A stretch of 24,563 nt of DNA. Origin: Thermoproteota archaeon. Its GTDB lineage: Archaea > Korarchaeota > Korarchaeia > Korarchaeales > Korarchaeaceae. The translations under genes and the position numbers were made by a program. The notes under the pieces were generated by a model that made no database searches, had not been told where the DNA came from, and saw only the letters and a program-made list of their open reading frames with translations. Shown here in pieces: positions 17,155 through 24,563 of this stretch. Positions within the stretch are counted from its first letter, which is position 1. Every line of letters begins with the position of its first letter. The DNA is taken from NCBI GenBank assembly GCA_027491395.1, contig JAOZFI010000005.1, positions 1 through 24,563 of the forward strand, read 5' to 3'.

Positions 17155-18535
17155 TCCCCTCCTCATTTCCCATCCCTAGCTCTGAGGAGGGCCACAGCAG
17201 GCCCTCCTTGAGTGAACCCATCAGACACACGTATGAGATGAAGATACCCAAGCTCATGACCACCAGTGAGGGCTCCACTAGATAGGTCAGCCACATGTTC
17301 CCGTATGGATTGGGAGAATAAGGACCGGGCGGGTTCCCGAGCATGTACAGGTTCACGGAAATGGCTGCTGATCCGAAACCCAGTAAGGAGAACCATCCAC
17401 CCAATTTGGCCACCTTAGATGTCCCAAATAGATCGACGGGCCAGCTTAGATATACTAGGAGGACGGTGATCCCCCACATGCCCAGCAGGATGTGCCAGTG
17501 TCCCACGTTATAGGCCAGCTCGGCCCAATCCCAGGCGGGATCCCTGAAGGGCGGGTTGAAGAAGAGGGGCTTCCTCAGGCTCATGGCTACCAAGGCACCG
17601 GGGATCGTGACTGATAGCCACATGATCACATTACCCGTTACGAGCCCCCACTTCAAACTGTCTCCCCCCGCCTCGAGGCTCAGGAGAGTTGTCCCCACCA
17701 GCAGGATGAGGGCGGCTGGCGTTATGATTACGTGGGCCACCTTGCCGAAGGGCCAAACGGCGAAGCTAGCCACGGCAGCCACGAGCTGGCCGAACCATAT
17801 AAGGTGCAGGGCCGCTCTCGACAGCCCCCTCTCCTCCGCCCTCAGGAGACCCACCGCTATCAGGAAGACCAAGGTGAGGGCAAGGAGGAGCATCGAGTGC
17901 TCGTGAGCGGTCAGAGCCCTCCACAGAGAATTCTCCTCGGCCAGATCCGGGTTGAACCTGGCCTCTATGAGGGCTTTAATGAACTCAGACCTCCCCTCCA
18001 TGAAGCTGGATCCGAGATAGCCTCCAATAATCGATCCAGCGAGCATCAGAACTCCCGTTAACCTGATGTTAGATTCCAGAAGGTTCTTGGGACGCATTTT
18101 GAGGATCACCATCAGCCCCGCTAGGAAGATAGCTGTTAGGCCGGTGACGAACAGTCCGTGCCCTAGGTGGAAGTGCTGGGCGTAGGAGTAAGCTAGGCCG
18201 CCCACCACGGTCATGATTGAGCCCACGGCTAACAAGTTCATCAGCTCCCTCCCCAGTTCCTTCCTAGCTATCAGGGGTATCATCGTGGCATAGATCAGTA
18301 GGGCGAAGACGCTGTGATAGATGAAGGTTAACCTACCTAGGTAAACCTCCCCACCACTCTTGGATATTATCTCGGCCGCACCCACGCTGTGATTGTACCT
18401 CCCACTAGGTAAGTGGACTGGCAAGCCAAGACCAGTCCTCAACTCGGTAAATTGGGGGGAAAGCATAACTAGAAAACCGACAACCAGAACTAGCAGGGTG
18501 GATGAGAGGGCCAAGTGAAGCCTGAGACCGTCCAT
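17126..18535 (-). CDS. 12-TM His-rich membrane protein, heme-copper-oxidase-homology (NnrS/HCOH-like)
   Basis: About 12 TMs with His in TM2 (IYHS), TM4 (GHG), TM6 (AHEH), TM8 (AHV) and TM10 (GHWH). Start moved to ATG 18535, with TATA TTAATAAG at 18570-18563 on the - strand. Confidence 0.65.
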   Translation of the reverse strand: MDGLRLHLALSSTLLVLVVGFLVMLSPQFTELRTGLGLPVHLPSGRYNHSVGAAEIISKSGGEVYLGRLTFIYHSVFALLIYATMIPLIARKELGRELMNLLAVGSIMTVVGGLAYSYAQHFHLGHGLFVTGLTAIFLAGLMVILKMRPKNLLESNIRLTGVLMLAGSIIGGYLGSSFMEGRSEFIKALIEARFNPDLAEENSLWRALTAHEHSMLLLALTLVFLIAVGLLRAEERGLSRAALHLIWFGQLVAAVASFAVWPFGKVAHVIITPAALILLVGTTLLSLEAGGDSLKWGLVTGNVIMWLSVTIPGALVAMSLRKPLFFNPPFRDPAWDWAELAYNVGHWHILLGMWGITVLLVYLSWPVDLFGTSKVAKLGGWFSLLGFGSAAISVNLYMLGNPPGPYSPNPYGNMWLTYLVEPSLVVMSLGIFISYVCLMGSLKEGLLWPSSELGMGNEEGTTGPSSHSQ

Positions 18536-18572
18536 GACATCCCCTATATTGTCCGATGAACCCTTATTAACA

Positions 18573-18584
18573 TGACACCCGTCA
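18573..18584. promoter_or_regulatory. TGAC-N4-GTCA operator box
   Basis: TGACACCCGTCA immediately upstream of the TATA box of the - strand membrane-protein gene. Confidence 0.6.
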
Positions 18585-18635
18585 ACCTCAGTTCTTGGAG
18601 CCAAATCTCGCCAGCTTCTTAGCACGATCATCGAA

Positions 18636-18649
18636 TTAGGTTAACCTAA
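18636..18649. promoter_or_regulatory. Perfect palindrome TTAGGTTAACCTAA, DtxR/SirR-family-like metal-regulator operator
   Basis: 14-bp perfect inverted repeat directly upstream of the TATA box (TTTAATA, 18652) of the DUF438 gene. It has the TTAGG...CCTAA arms typical of DtxR-family operators. Confidence 0.65.
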
Positions 18650-18663
18650 ACTTTAATAGGGAA

Positions 18664-18679
18664 TATGACACATGTCATA
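18664..18679. promoter_or_regulatory. TATGAC-N4-GTCATA operator box
   Basis: TATGACA-CA-TGTCATA (7-bp perfect arms) between the TATA box and the likely start of the DUF438 gene. Confidence 0.65.
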
Positions 18680-18688
18680 ACGATGACT

Positions 18689-19999
18689 ATGAGCAGGCAG
18701 GAGTGGATGGAAGAGAAGCTGGATCAGGTGAGGGAGATCCTTAAAGAGCTGCACAAGGGTGTGGATTTCGAGGAGCTCAAAGAGAGGTTCAGGGAGGTAC
18801 TTCGCGGCGTATCTCCTTGGGAGATACCCTTGGTGGAGCAGGAGCTGGTGGCTCAGGGCGTCTCTCCCCTTGAGATAGCCGCCCTTTGTGATCTCCACGT
18901 CGCCCTCTTCAGAGAATCTCTTATGGACTCCCGCTTGGAGGGTATCGAACCGGGCCACCCTCTGGACACATTCCTCAGGGAGAACGAGGAGATACTCAAG
19001 GACTCTGAGAAGCTCATGCTCTACGCGGGCTCTCTCCCTAAGGTAGAGGTGGACAGCAGAAAGGAGGTGTTCGATCAACTCAGGAAACTCGCCTTGGAGT
19101 TGAAGGGGATAAGGAGGCACTTCGTTCGACTACAATTTCTCCTCTTCCCCTACATAGAGAGGAGAGGACTAACTGCGGTTCCGAGAGTCCTCTGGACGAA
19201 ACAGGATCAGGTAATGGCGAAGATAAGGAAGCTTAACCAGATACTATCCGAGGGAAAGTTGGAGGATACGGAGTACCTATCGGAACTCAGGTCCTTCTCG
19301 GACGAGCTCTCTAGGGCTCTGGTCGATATGGTGTTCAGGGAGAACAGGATACTCTATCCAACTGTCAGGATCCTACTGAGCGATGGAGAGTGGTCCGCCA
19401 TCAAGCTGGAAGAGTCCGAAGTGGGTTACTACAAGGTCGAGCCTAGAGAGGGGTGGGAGCCCAAGGATCCGGTGTACCCTCACGAGGTGAAGTCGGGCAT
19501 AACTGAGGAGCAGATATCTCGCATGCCTGAGGAGATGAAGGCTATGACCTCCCTCATGGAAAAAAGGGACGATCACGTACTGGTGAGGGCTGGCGACTTG
19601 GAGCTGAAAAACGGTTACATCTCCCTGAAGGAGATGGACGCCCTCCTGAGGACCCTACCCTTTGAGATAACCTTCGTGGATGCTGATGACAGGCTCCGCT
19701 ACTACAATTACAGGCCGGGGCTCATATTCTATCGCTCGAGGACGGTATTGGGGAGAAAGGTGGAACTCTGCCACCCGCCGGGCAGCGTCCACATAGTGAA
19801 GAAGATCGTGGAGGAGTTCAGGGCAGGCAAGAGAGATGTGGCCGAGTTCTGGATAGATATTGGGAGAAGGAAAGTATACATAAGGTACTTCCCCGTCAGA
19901 GGGGATGATGGTGAGTACCTTGGAACTGTGGAGGTGGTTCAGGACATTACAGAGATAAAGGAGATAAAGGGGGAGAAGAGACTCCTAGACGAGGCCTGA
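18689..19999 (+). CDS. DUF438 + hemerythrin-like + PAS domain protein
   Basis: DUF438 'LKELHKG..FEELKERF...EIPLVEQEL...LCDLH'; hemerythrin-like 'GHPLDTFLREN', 'HF', 'ENRILYP'; PAS 'LPFEITFVDADD...CHPP..VHIV...YLGTVEVVQDIT'. Alternative starts are 18683 and 18665. Confidence 0.88.
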   Translation: MSRQEWMEEKLDQVREILKELHKGVDFEELKERFREVLRGVSPWEIPLVEQELVAQGVSPLEIAALCDLHVALFRESLMDSRLEGIEPGHPLDTFLRENEEILKDSEKLMLYAGSLPKVEVDSRKEVFDQLRKLALELKGIRRHFVRLQFLLFPYIERRGLTAVPRVLWTKQDQVMAKIRKLNQILSEGKLEDTEYLSELRSFSDELSRALVDMVFRENRILYPTVRILLSDGEWSAIKLEESEVGYYKVEPREGWEPKDPVYPHEVKSGITEEQISRMPEEMKAMTSLMEKRDDHVLVRAGDLELKNGYISLKEMDALLRTLPFEITFVDADDRLRYYNYRPGLIFYRSRTVLGRKVELCHPPGSVHIVKKIVEEFRAGKRDVAEFWIDIGRRKVYIRYFPVRGDDGEYLGTVEVVQDITEIKEIKGEKRLLDEA

Positions 20000-20025
20000 A
20001 ATTGGGCGAATGCATTGGATGAAGG

Positions 20026-20724
20026 CTACCCCTCCAGATGGGCTCTTCTGCCCGCGACCTCCACATCACACCCCCCTTTCTTCACAGACACGATGGCCAG
20101 TTCGTTCTCACCAAGTTCCTTCAGAGAGAACGATAGCGTGCCACAGGAGAGCTTAGCCGTGCCCGCCCAGTTCAGGGCGTAAACGCCATCCATCAATCGG
20201 ATGTACTTGAGGCCTTGGACAGGTTGCTTCCAACTGGTAAATATGCCCTTCGTATATATTACTTGAGGAGGGACCAGCCTATGCTTAGAGCAACCGGGGA
20301 TCTCCACGGATTCGTTAGCTACTTTGACCGCAGTACCCTCAGGCATCCTGAGGAGCAGGACAGGCGTGTGGATGTACATGTCCATTACCCTCTTATAAAA
20401 GGTCACATCCTTCTCAAGGATTACCTCATCTCCCTCCATTATCTTCACGGGAATCTCCCTCCTGATCTCCACGTCAGCGGGGAAGAAAACCCAGTATCTC
20501 AGGAGAGCGTAGCACTCACCTTCGCACGATATCATAGCGGTCTCGACGGAAGCACTCCTGCTCCCTGAACTGCACCATCTGGTAAGCAGCTCCTCCGCCG
20601 GAGGCCACGCTATGGGAAGCTCCTCCACATCGGCCTTCCTAGGTCCGCTGACCGAAGAGTAGGCTAGGGCGATTAGCAGGAGGGCCGCTACTATCACCAG
20701 AACTATAGCAACTGTCCTTATCAT
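20026..20724 (-). CDS. Hypothetical exported/membrane-anchored protein
   Basis: N-terminal hydrophobic helix (TVAIVLVIVAALLLIALAY), six Cys, host-like codon style, no family recognised. Start is ATG 20724 or GTG 20742. Confidence 0.6.
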   Translation of the reverse strand: MIRTVAIVLVIVAALLLIALAYSSVSGPRKADVEELPIAWPPAEELLTRWCSSGSRSASVETAMISCEGECYALLRYWVFFPADVEIRREIPVKIMEGDEVILEKDVTFYKRVMDMYIHTPVLLLRMPEGTAVKVANESVEIPGCSKHRLVPPQVIYTKGIFTSWKQPVQGLKYIRLMDGVYALNWAGTAKLSCGTLSFSLKELGENELAIVSVKKGGCDVEVAGRRAHLEG

Positions 20725-20853
20725 GAAACGACCGTAAGGCACCTCTCACATCAGATAAAAGGCTGGCGCCTCGTCAACCTTAAATTAGTCCCCAAGATGA
20801 TGGCCCTATGACAGGTGACCTCCTTTGGCCCTGATTTGAAGGAGGGTAATCGC

Positions 20854-22023
20854 ATGTCTCTGAATCAGGAGTTCAGAGTGACGCCTTGGGAAGTCGAGGG
20901 GTTAGTGGACTACGACCGCCTGATAAAGGAGTTCGGCACTAAACCCCTAACCGAGGACCTCATCGAGAAGACGAAGGAGCTCACCAAGAGCGAGCTCCCG
21001 CTCTTCCTAAGGAGGAGGTTCTTCTTCTCCCACAGGGACTACGACTTGGTGCTGAAGGACTACGAGGAGGGAAAAGGTTTCTTCCTCTACACTGGTAGGG
21101 GACCCTCGGGTCCAATGCACATAGGACACATAATCCCTTTCTACATGACCAAGTGGTTTCAGGAGAAGTTCAAAGTCAATCTGTACATACAGATAACCGA
21201 CGATGAGAAGTTCGTCTTTAAGCCGGAGCTGAGCTTCGACGACACGAAGAGATGGGCATACGAGAACATTCTGGACATAGCAGCGGTGGGTTTCGATCCC
21301 GACAGGACCTTCATATTCCAGGATAGTGAGTACACCAAGATATACGAGATGGCCGTTCCCATCTCCAAGAAGATAACGTTCTCCACTGCAAAGGCCGTGT
21401 TCGGTTTCACTGAGAGCAGCAAGATAGGTATGATATTCTTCCCTGCAATTCAGGCGGCTCCGACCTTCTTCGAGAAGAGGAGGTGCCTCATACCCGCCGC
21501 GATAGATCAGGACCCCTACTGGAGGATACAGAGGGATGTGGCAGAGAGCCTCGGCTACTACAAAACTGCCGCCATACACGGGAAGTTCTTCCCACCCCTC
21601 ACTGGGCTGTCGGGGAAGATGAGCGCCAGCATGCCGGAAACAGCGATATACCTGACCGACGATCCCGAAACGGTGAGGAAAAAGATATGGAAGTTCGCTC
21701 TAACCGGTGGACAGGCGACGGTGCAGGAACAGAGGGAGAAAGGGGGCAATCCTGAGAAATGCGTGGTTTTCAAGTGGCTCGAGATGTTCTTCGAGCCCGA
21801 TGACGATAAACTAATGCAGAGGTACGAGGACTGTAAATCGGGGAAGCTGCTATGTGGGGAGTGCAAGAACTACCTCATAGAAAAGGTGCAGGAATTCCTG
21901 AAGGAGCACCAGGAGAGGAGGAATAGGGCGCAGCCTCTAGTGAAGCAGTTTAAGTACACTGGAAAGCTAGCCAAGGAAATGTGGAAGAGATCGATACCCG
22001 AGGAGCTTAAAGGATTGTTGTAA
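20854..22023 (+). CDS. trpS: Tryptophanyl-tRNA synthetase (archaeal/eukaryotic type)
   Basis: VTPW, YTGRGPS, MHIGH, TDDEK, AIDQDPY, KMSAS, CGECK. Start moved to ATG 20854. Confidence 0.97.
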   Translation: MSLNQEFRVTPWEVEGLVDYDRLIKEFGTKPLTEDLIEKTKELTKSELPLFLRRRFFFSHRDYDLVLKDYEEGKGFFLYTGRGPSGPMHIGHIIPFYMTKWFQEKFKVNLYIQITDDEKFVFKPELSFDDTKRWAYENILDIAAVGFDPDRTFIFQDSEYTKIYEMAVPISKKITFSTAKAVFGFTESSKIGMIFFPAIQAAPTFFEKRRCLIPAAIDQDPYWRIQRDVAESLGYYKTAAIHGKFFPPLTGLSGKMSASMPETAIYLTDDPETVRKKIWKFALTGGQATVQEQREKGGNPEKCVVFKWLEMFFEPDDDKLMQRYEDCKSGKLLCGECKNYLIEKVQEFLKEHQERRNRAQPLVKQFKYTGKLAKEMWKRSIPEELKGLL

Positions 22024-22119
22024 CTTAGTTAGCAAAAATACATACTAAATCCGGGCTAATGAGGTGACTTCTCATGTGCTAGGATATTCCAGCGGATAAT
22101 CGAGGGGAAAGCGGTGAAA

Positions 22120-22875
22120 TCAGTACTCCCTACCAACCACGAGCTCAACGCCCTCTTCCTCGGCGCGTTCCCTCAAGACCCTAGCTACATCTTTGCTTGC
22201 AGTCTCAACTACCAGAATCTTCCTCGGCTCCTTTCCGTAGATCTTTTTCACCTTCTCGGCCTTTCTGAGGAGCTTATCTACCTCCTCTGGGGACTCAGCG
22301 TGCGCGGTTACTTCGCCTACTATGAGAGGCTCCTCCAAGAAGAGATCTATTTCCTCACCGTCTACCACTTCTCTCCTTAGCTCTTTGCCCTGTGGTATCT
22401 CTCCAGCTCTCACCATCCTGTCCGTGAGAAATCTCCTTACGAATTCCTCAAAAGTCATCCCGGCAAACTTGCTGAGCTCTCCGAACGCGTAGAGAATGGA
22501 GGCACTGAGCCCCTCGTAGATCCTATCCATTCTCCTCTCTAATCTTCTTTGCTGAACCTGCAGTTCTTTTATGGTGGAGAGCATTTTATTGAAGTCCTCC
22601 CTCAGCCTGGTCTGCTCCTCCTTGAGCTCCTTGATCTCCTGCCAGATCTTCTGCTGCTCCTCCTTGATCGCCCTTATCTCCTGCCAGATCTTGGTCTGCT
22701 CCTCCCTCAGCCTGGTCTGCTCCTCCGATATCTTAACAAGCTGCTCGACCATCTTTGAGATTTGATAGGCTAAAGTGAGTTCCGGTTCTATGTATTCTAT
22801 TAATTTCCTAGCCAAGCTCCTAGCAAGCTCTGGATTCTTTTCAAGTTCTTTCGAGAGCTCTTCTAATATGGACAT
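22120..22875 (-). CDS. Coiled-coil protein with C-terminal PD-(D/E)xK-like domain (DUF3782/DUF1626-like)
   Basis: Heptad repeats EEQTRLR/EEQTKIW/QEIRAIK, then FEE..., EIDLFL, VGEVT, EVDKLLRK. The expected ExK Lys is replaced by Thr. Confidence 0.75.
   Translation of the reverse strand: MSILEELSKELEKNPELARSLARKLIEYIEPELTLAYQISKMVEQLVKISEEQTRLREEQTKIWQEIRAIKEEQQKIWQEIKELKEEQTRLREDFNKMLSTIKELQVQQRRLERRMDRIYEGLSASILYAFGELSKFAGMTFEEFVRRFLTDRMVRAGEIPQGKELRREVVDGEEIDLFLEEPLIVGEVTAHAESPEEVDKLLRKAEKVKKIYGKEPRKILVVETASKDVARVLRERAEEEGVELVVGREY
22595..22726. repeat. Intragenic direct repeats encoding heptads
   Basis: 27-bp TCCTCCCTCAGCCTGGTCTGCTCCTCC at 22595 and 22700; 17-bp ATCTCCTGCCAGATCTT at 22634 and 22676. 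Offsets of 105 and 42 are multiples of 21. Confidence 0.85.
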
Positions 22876-23096
22876 ACACTCCTATGGGAAGTTGGGGTAA
22901 TATATCTTTTTCCCATTTTGGTCCACGATAGGACCTCTCGGCACTTCCTTACCCTCCATCCTGCACTCCACTTCCTGGATCCCTGAAATATGTCCGATCC
23001 AGCTTTTAATGCAGAATTGACTATTGCACATAGAAGTACTTTTCTTGGTGGGGCTGAATATTGAGATTCCTCTCAACAAGCAGCTGTTAAGAATGT

Positions 23097-23357
23097 TCAA
23101 TCTATGAGAGTGAAGATGAGATATGATAGGAGCAAGAAAACTATAAATGCCCTAAGAAGCTCATCTCCTCCCCCCTCATACTCTATTGCGAAGATGTGAA
23201 GGAACCACGACATCGAGCCTATTATGATCAGGAGGAAGCTAAGTAGGCCAGCTACTGAGGTCCAAAGAGAGGGACTAGGATGTTCCCAGACAAATCTCCC
23301 GATCGCTATTCCCATGGGCACTAGGAAGGAGCCCACGAAGGGAAGCCACCTCCTCAT
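23097..23357 (-). CDS. Small three-TM membrane protein
   Basis: 86 aa, three hydrophobic helices, divergent from the HAD gene; no family recognised. Confidence 0.6.
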   Translation of the reverse strand: MRRWLPFVGSFLVPMGIAIGRFVWEHPSPSLWTSVAGLLSFLLIIIGSMSWFLHIFAIEYEGGGDELLRAFIVFLLLSYLIFTLID

Positions 23358-23415
23358 TCTGCACCTGCAAATATCCTTGGATTACCGTAATAAGTATCTC
23401 CTACCCAAAACCCTG

Positions 23416-24045
23416 ATGCAAATCAAGGCAATAATACTCGACTTGGATCAGACCCTACTCCACACTCTGCACAGATTTCATGCCGTCTTCAGTGAGATGG
23501 TGGGCGGTCTGAGCTGGGAGGATTTCGTTGAGCTCTTCAGGGAGGATAGGCTCGACGATCTTATAGAAGGAGACAGGGCTAGATTCTGGGAGGAATTCAC
23601 AAAGAGGTTCTCCGAGGCAAGGCATCCCGAGGATAGGCCAATAAAGGGAGCTGGAGAGGTGCTGAAGCATCTTTCCAAGAAGTATCGCATAGTGGTAACC
23701 ACTGGGAGGAGGGTACCGCCTGAAGAGGTCTGGAGGGAGCTGGAAGAGTTCGGCCTATCGTCCTACGTCCACGAGGTTCGGACGTTGGAGGGTCACGACG
23801 GTGTGTGGCATAGGGATGCCCTCCTCAGGAGGATACTTGAGGATCAAGGTCTGTCACCGGATGAAGTGGTGTTCGTGGGGGATTACTGGGTGGATATGGA
23901 CTCGGCCAGAAGAGCTGGTATAAAGGCAATAGCTGTAAGGACGGGACTGGAGCCGGATGAGAGACTCCTCACGCACGGGGCACTAATTATCATTGATGGT
24001 ATATGGGAACTGGCTGAGGCTCTGGAGCGTCATTTAAAGGGATGA
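23416..24045 (+). CDS. HAD-superfamily hydrolase (phosphoglycolate-phosphatase-like)
   Basis: Motif I ILDLDQTL, motif II VVTT, motif IV FVGDYWVD. Start moved to ATG 23416. Confidence 0.9.
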   Translation: MQIKAIILDLDQTLLHTLHRFHAVFSEMVGGLSWEDFVELFREDRLDDLIEGDRARFWEEFTKRFSEARHPEDRPIKGAGEVLKHLSKKYRIVVTTGRRVPPEEVWRELEEFGLSSYVHEVRTLEGHDGVWHRDALLRRILEDQGLSPDEVVFVGDYWVDMDSARRAGIKAIAVRTGLEPDERLLTHGALIIIDGIWELAEALERHLKG

Positions 24046-24563
24046 TAAGGTGGGTAGGGTCTCCCACTCTCTCTTGCACTCTCGATCAGATCTCAGCCTG
24101 TAGGACCCATCTCCCTAACCTCATCTAAATAATGTGGCGTGTTTCTCAACAGTGTATATTTTATCAAACAGACATTCCATCATTTATAAGGAAAATTATA
24201 CCACACCCCTCAACGGGAAATAAATAGAAATTTTAGATGGTTATGGGAGCCATCACGGGATACTTTTTAAAAAAAAGCTAAGCATCTAGGAAGGTTCCTC
24301 ATGTATCTCTATAGGTATATCCTTGCACGCATCCTTTCCTCCACTCCTCGTCGCATGCTTCTTCTCATTTGGATGTTGTCTCTCCTCGCCCTACAAATCT
24401 CCTCTACCTCCTTGATGCCTGTAATGGCCCTTCCTCAGCCGGTCCTGTCAACTGATGTTCTGAACTACAATCCATTTCCCGGTAAGACCGTTACCCAGTG
24501 CCTCACCCCGTCCAACAGCGGGGATCAAAATGGATTCAGGCCCGTAATAGAGATCGTGGTCCC

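Noticed and set aside
808-21866. Numerous antisense or alternate-frame ORFs (e.g. 808..1302, 1579..2079, 18653..19120, 21007..21579)
   Set aside because: They are shadows of well-supported genes, with no recognisable motifs.
22595-22726. Repeats as a CRISPR mini-array
   Set aside because: They are in-frame heptad-coding repeats inside a CDS with no unique spacers.
22882-23100. 72-aa - strand ORF overlapping the small membrane gene
   Set aside because: TTG start, atypical composition and no motifs; at most the C-terminal MEGKEVPRGP... portion might be real.
24046-24563. Possible gene remnant or RNA gene at the right edge
   Set aside because: Only short stop-interrupted - strand fragments and an AT-rich tract; no tRNA-like or recognisable protein signature, and context is cut by the window edge.

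Overview
Archaeal chromosomal window: AGG/ATA-rich codons, TTTAWA-type TATA boxes, archaeal TrpRS, KaiC-like ATPase and PolB2. The style suggests a thermophile, possibly Korarchaeota-like, but that is inference. No rRNA, tRNA, CRISPR array or transposase was seen. Housekeeping and accessory genes (M32 carboxypeptidase, ABC exporter, TrpRS, HAD hydrolase, surface proteins) surround two notable blocks. Block 1 (3.9-12.5 kb) is a probable DNA-damage-tolerance neighbourhood: SplB-like radical SAM protein, decayed PLD nuclease, PolB2, Walker-A-less RadA-like protein, its small 'MGRS/T' partner, KaiC-like ATPase, and a stand-alone AEP primase-polymerase overlapping a minimal IrrE/ImmA-like HExxH protease. 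polB2 and the radA-like gene point away from each other, share an AAANTTTCCC promoter box, and are separated by a duplicated ABC permease flanked by an 8-bp direct repeat. Block 2 (17.1-20.0 kb) is a divergon of a 12-TM His-rich heme-copper-oxidase-homology (NnrS/HCOH-like) protein and a DUF438-hemerythrin-PAS protein. Its promoter holds a DtxR/SirR-type palindrome and two TGAC-N4-GTCA boxes, and a degenerate copy of the latter precedes a nearby Cys/His-tailed HTH regulator. All family calls come from motif recognition by eye, not database searches.
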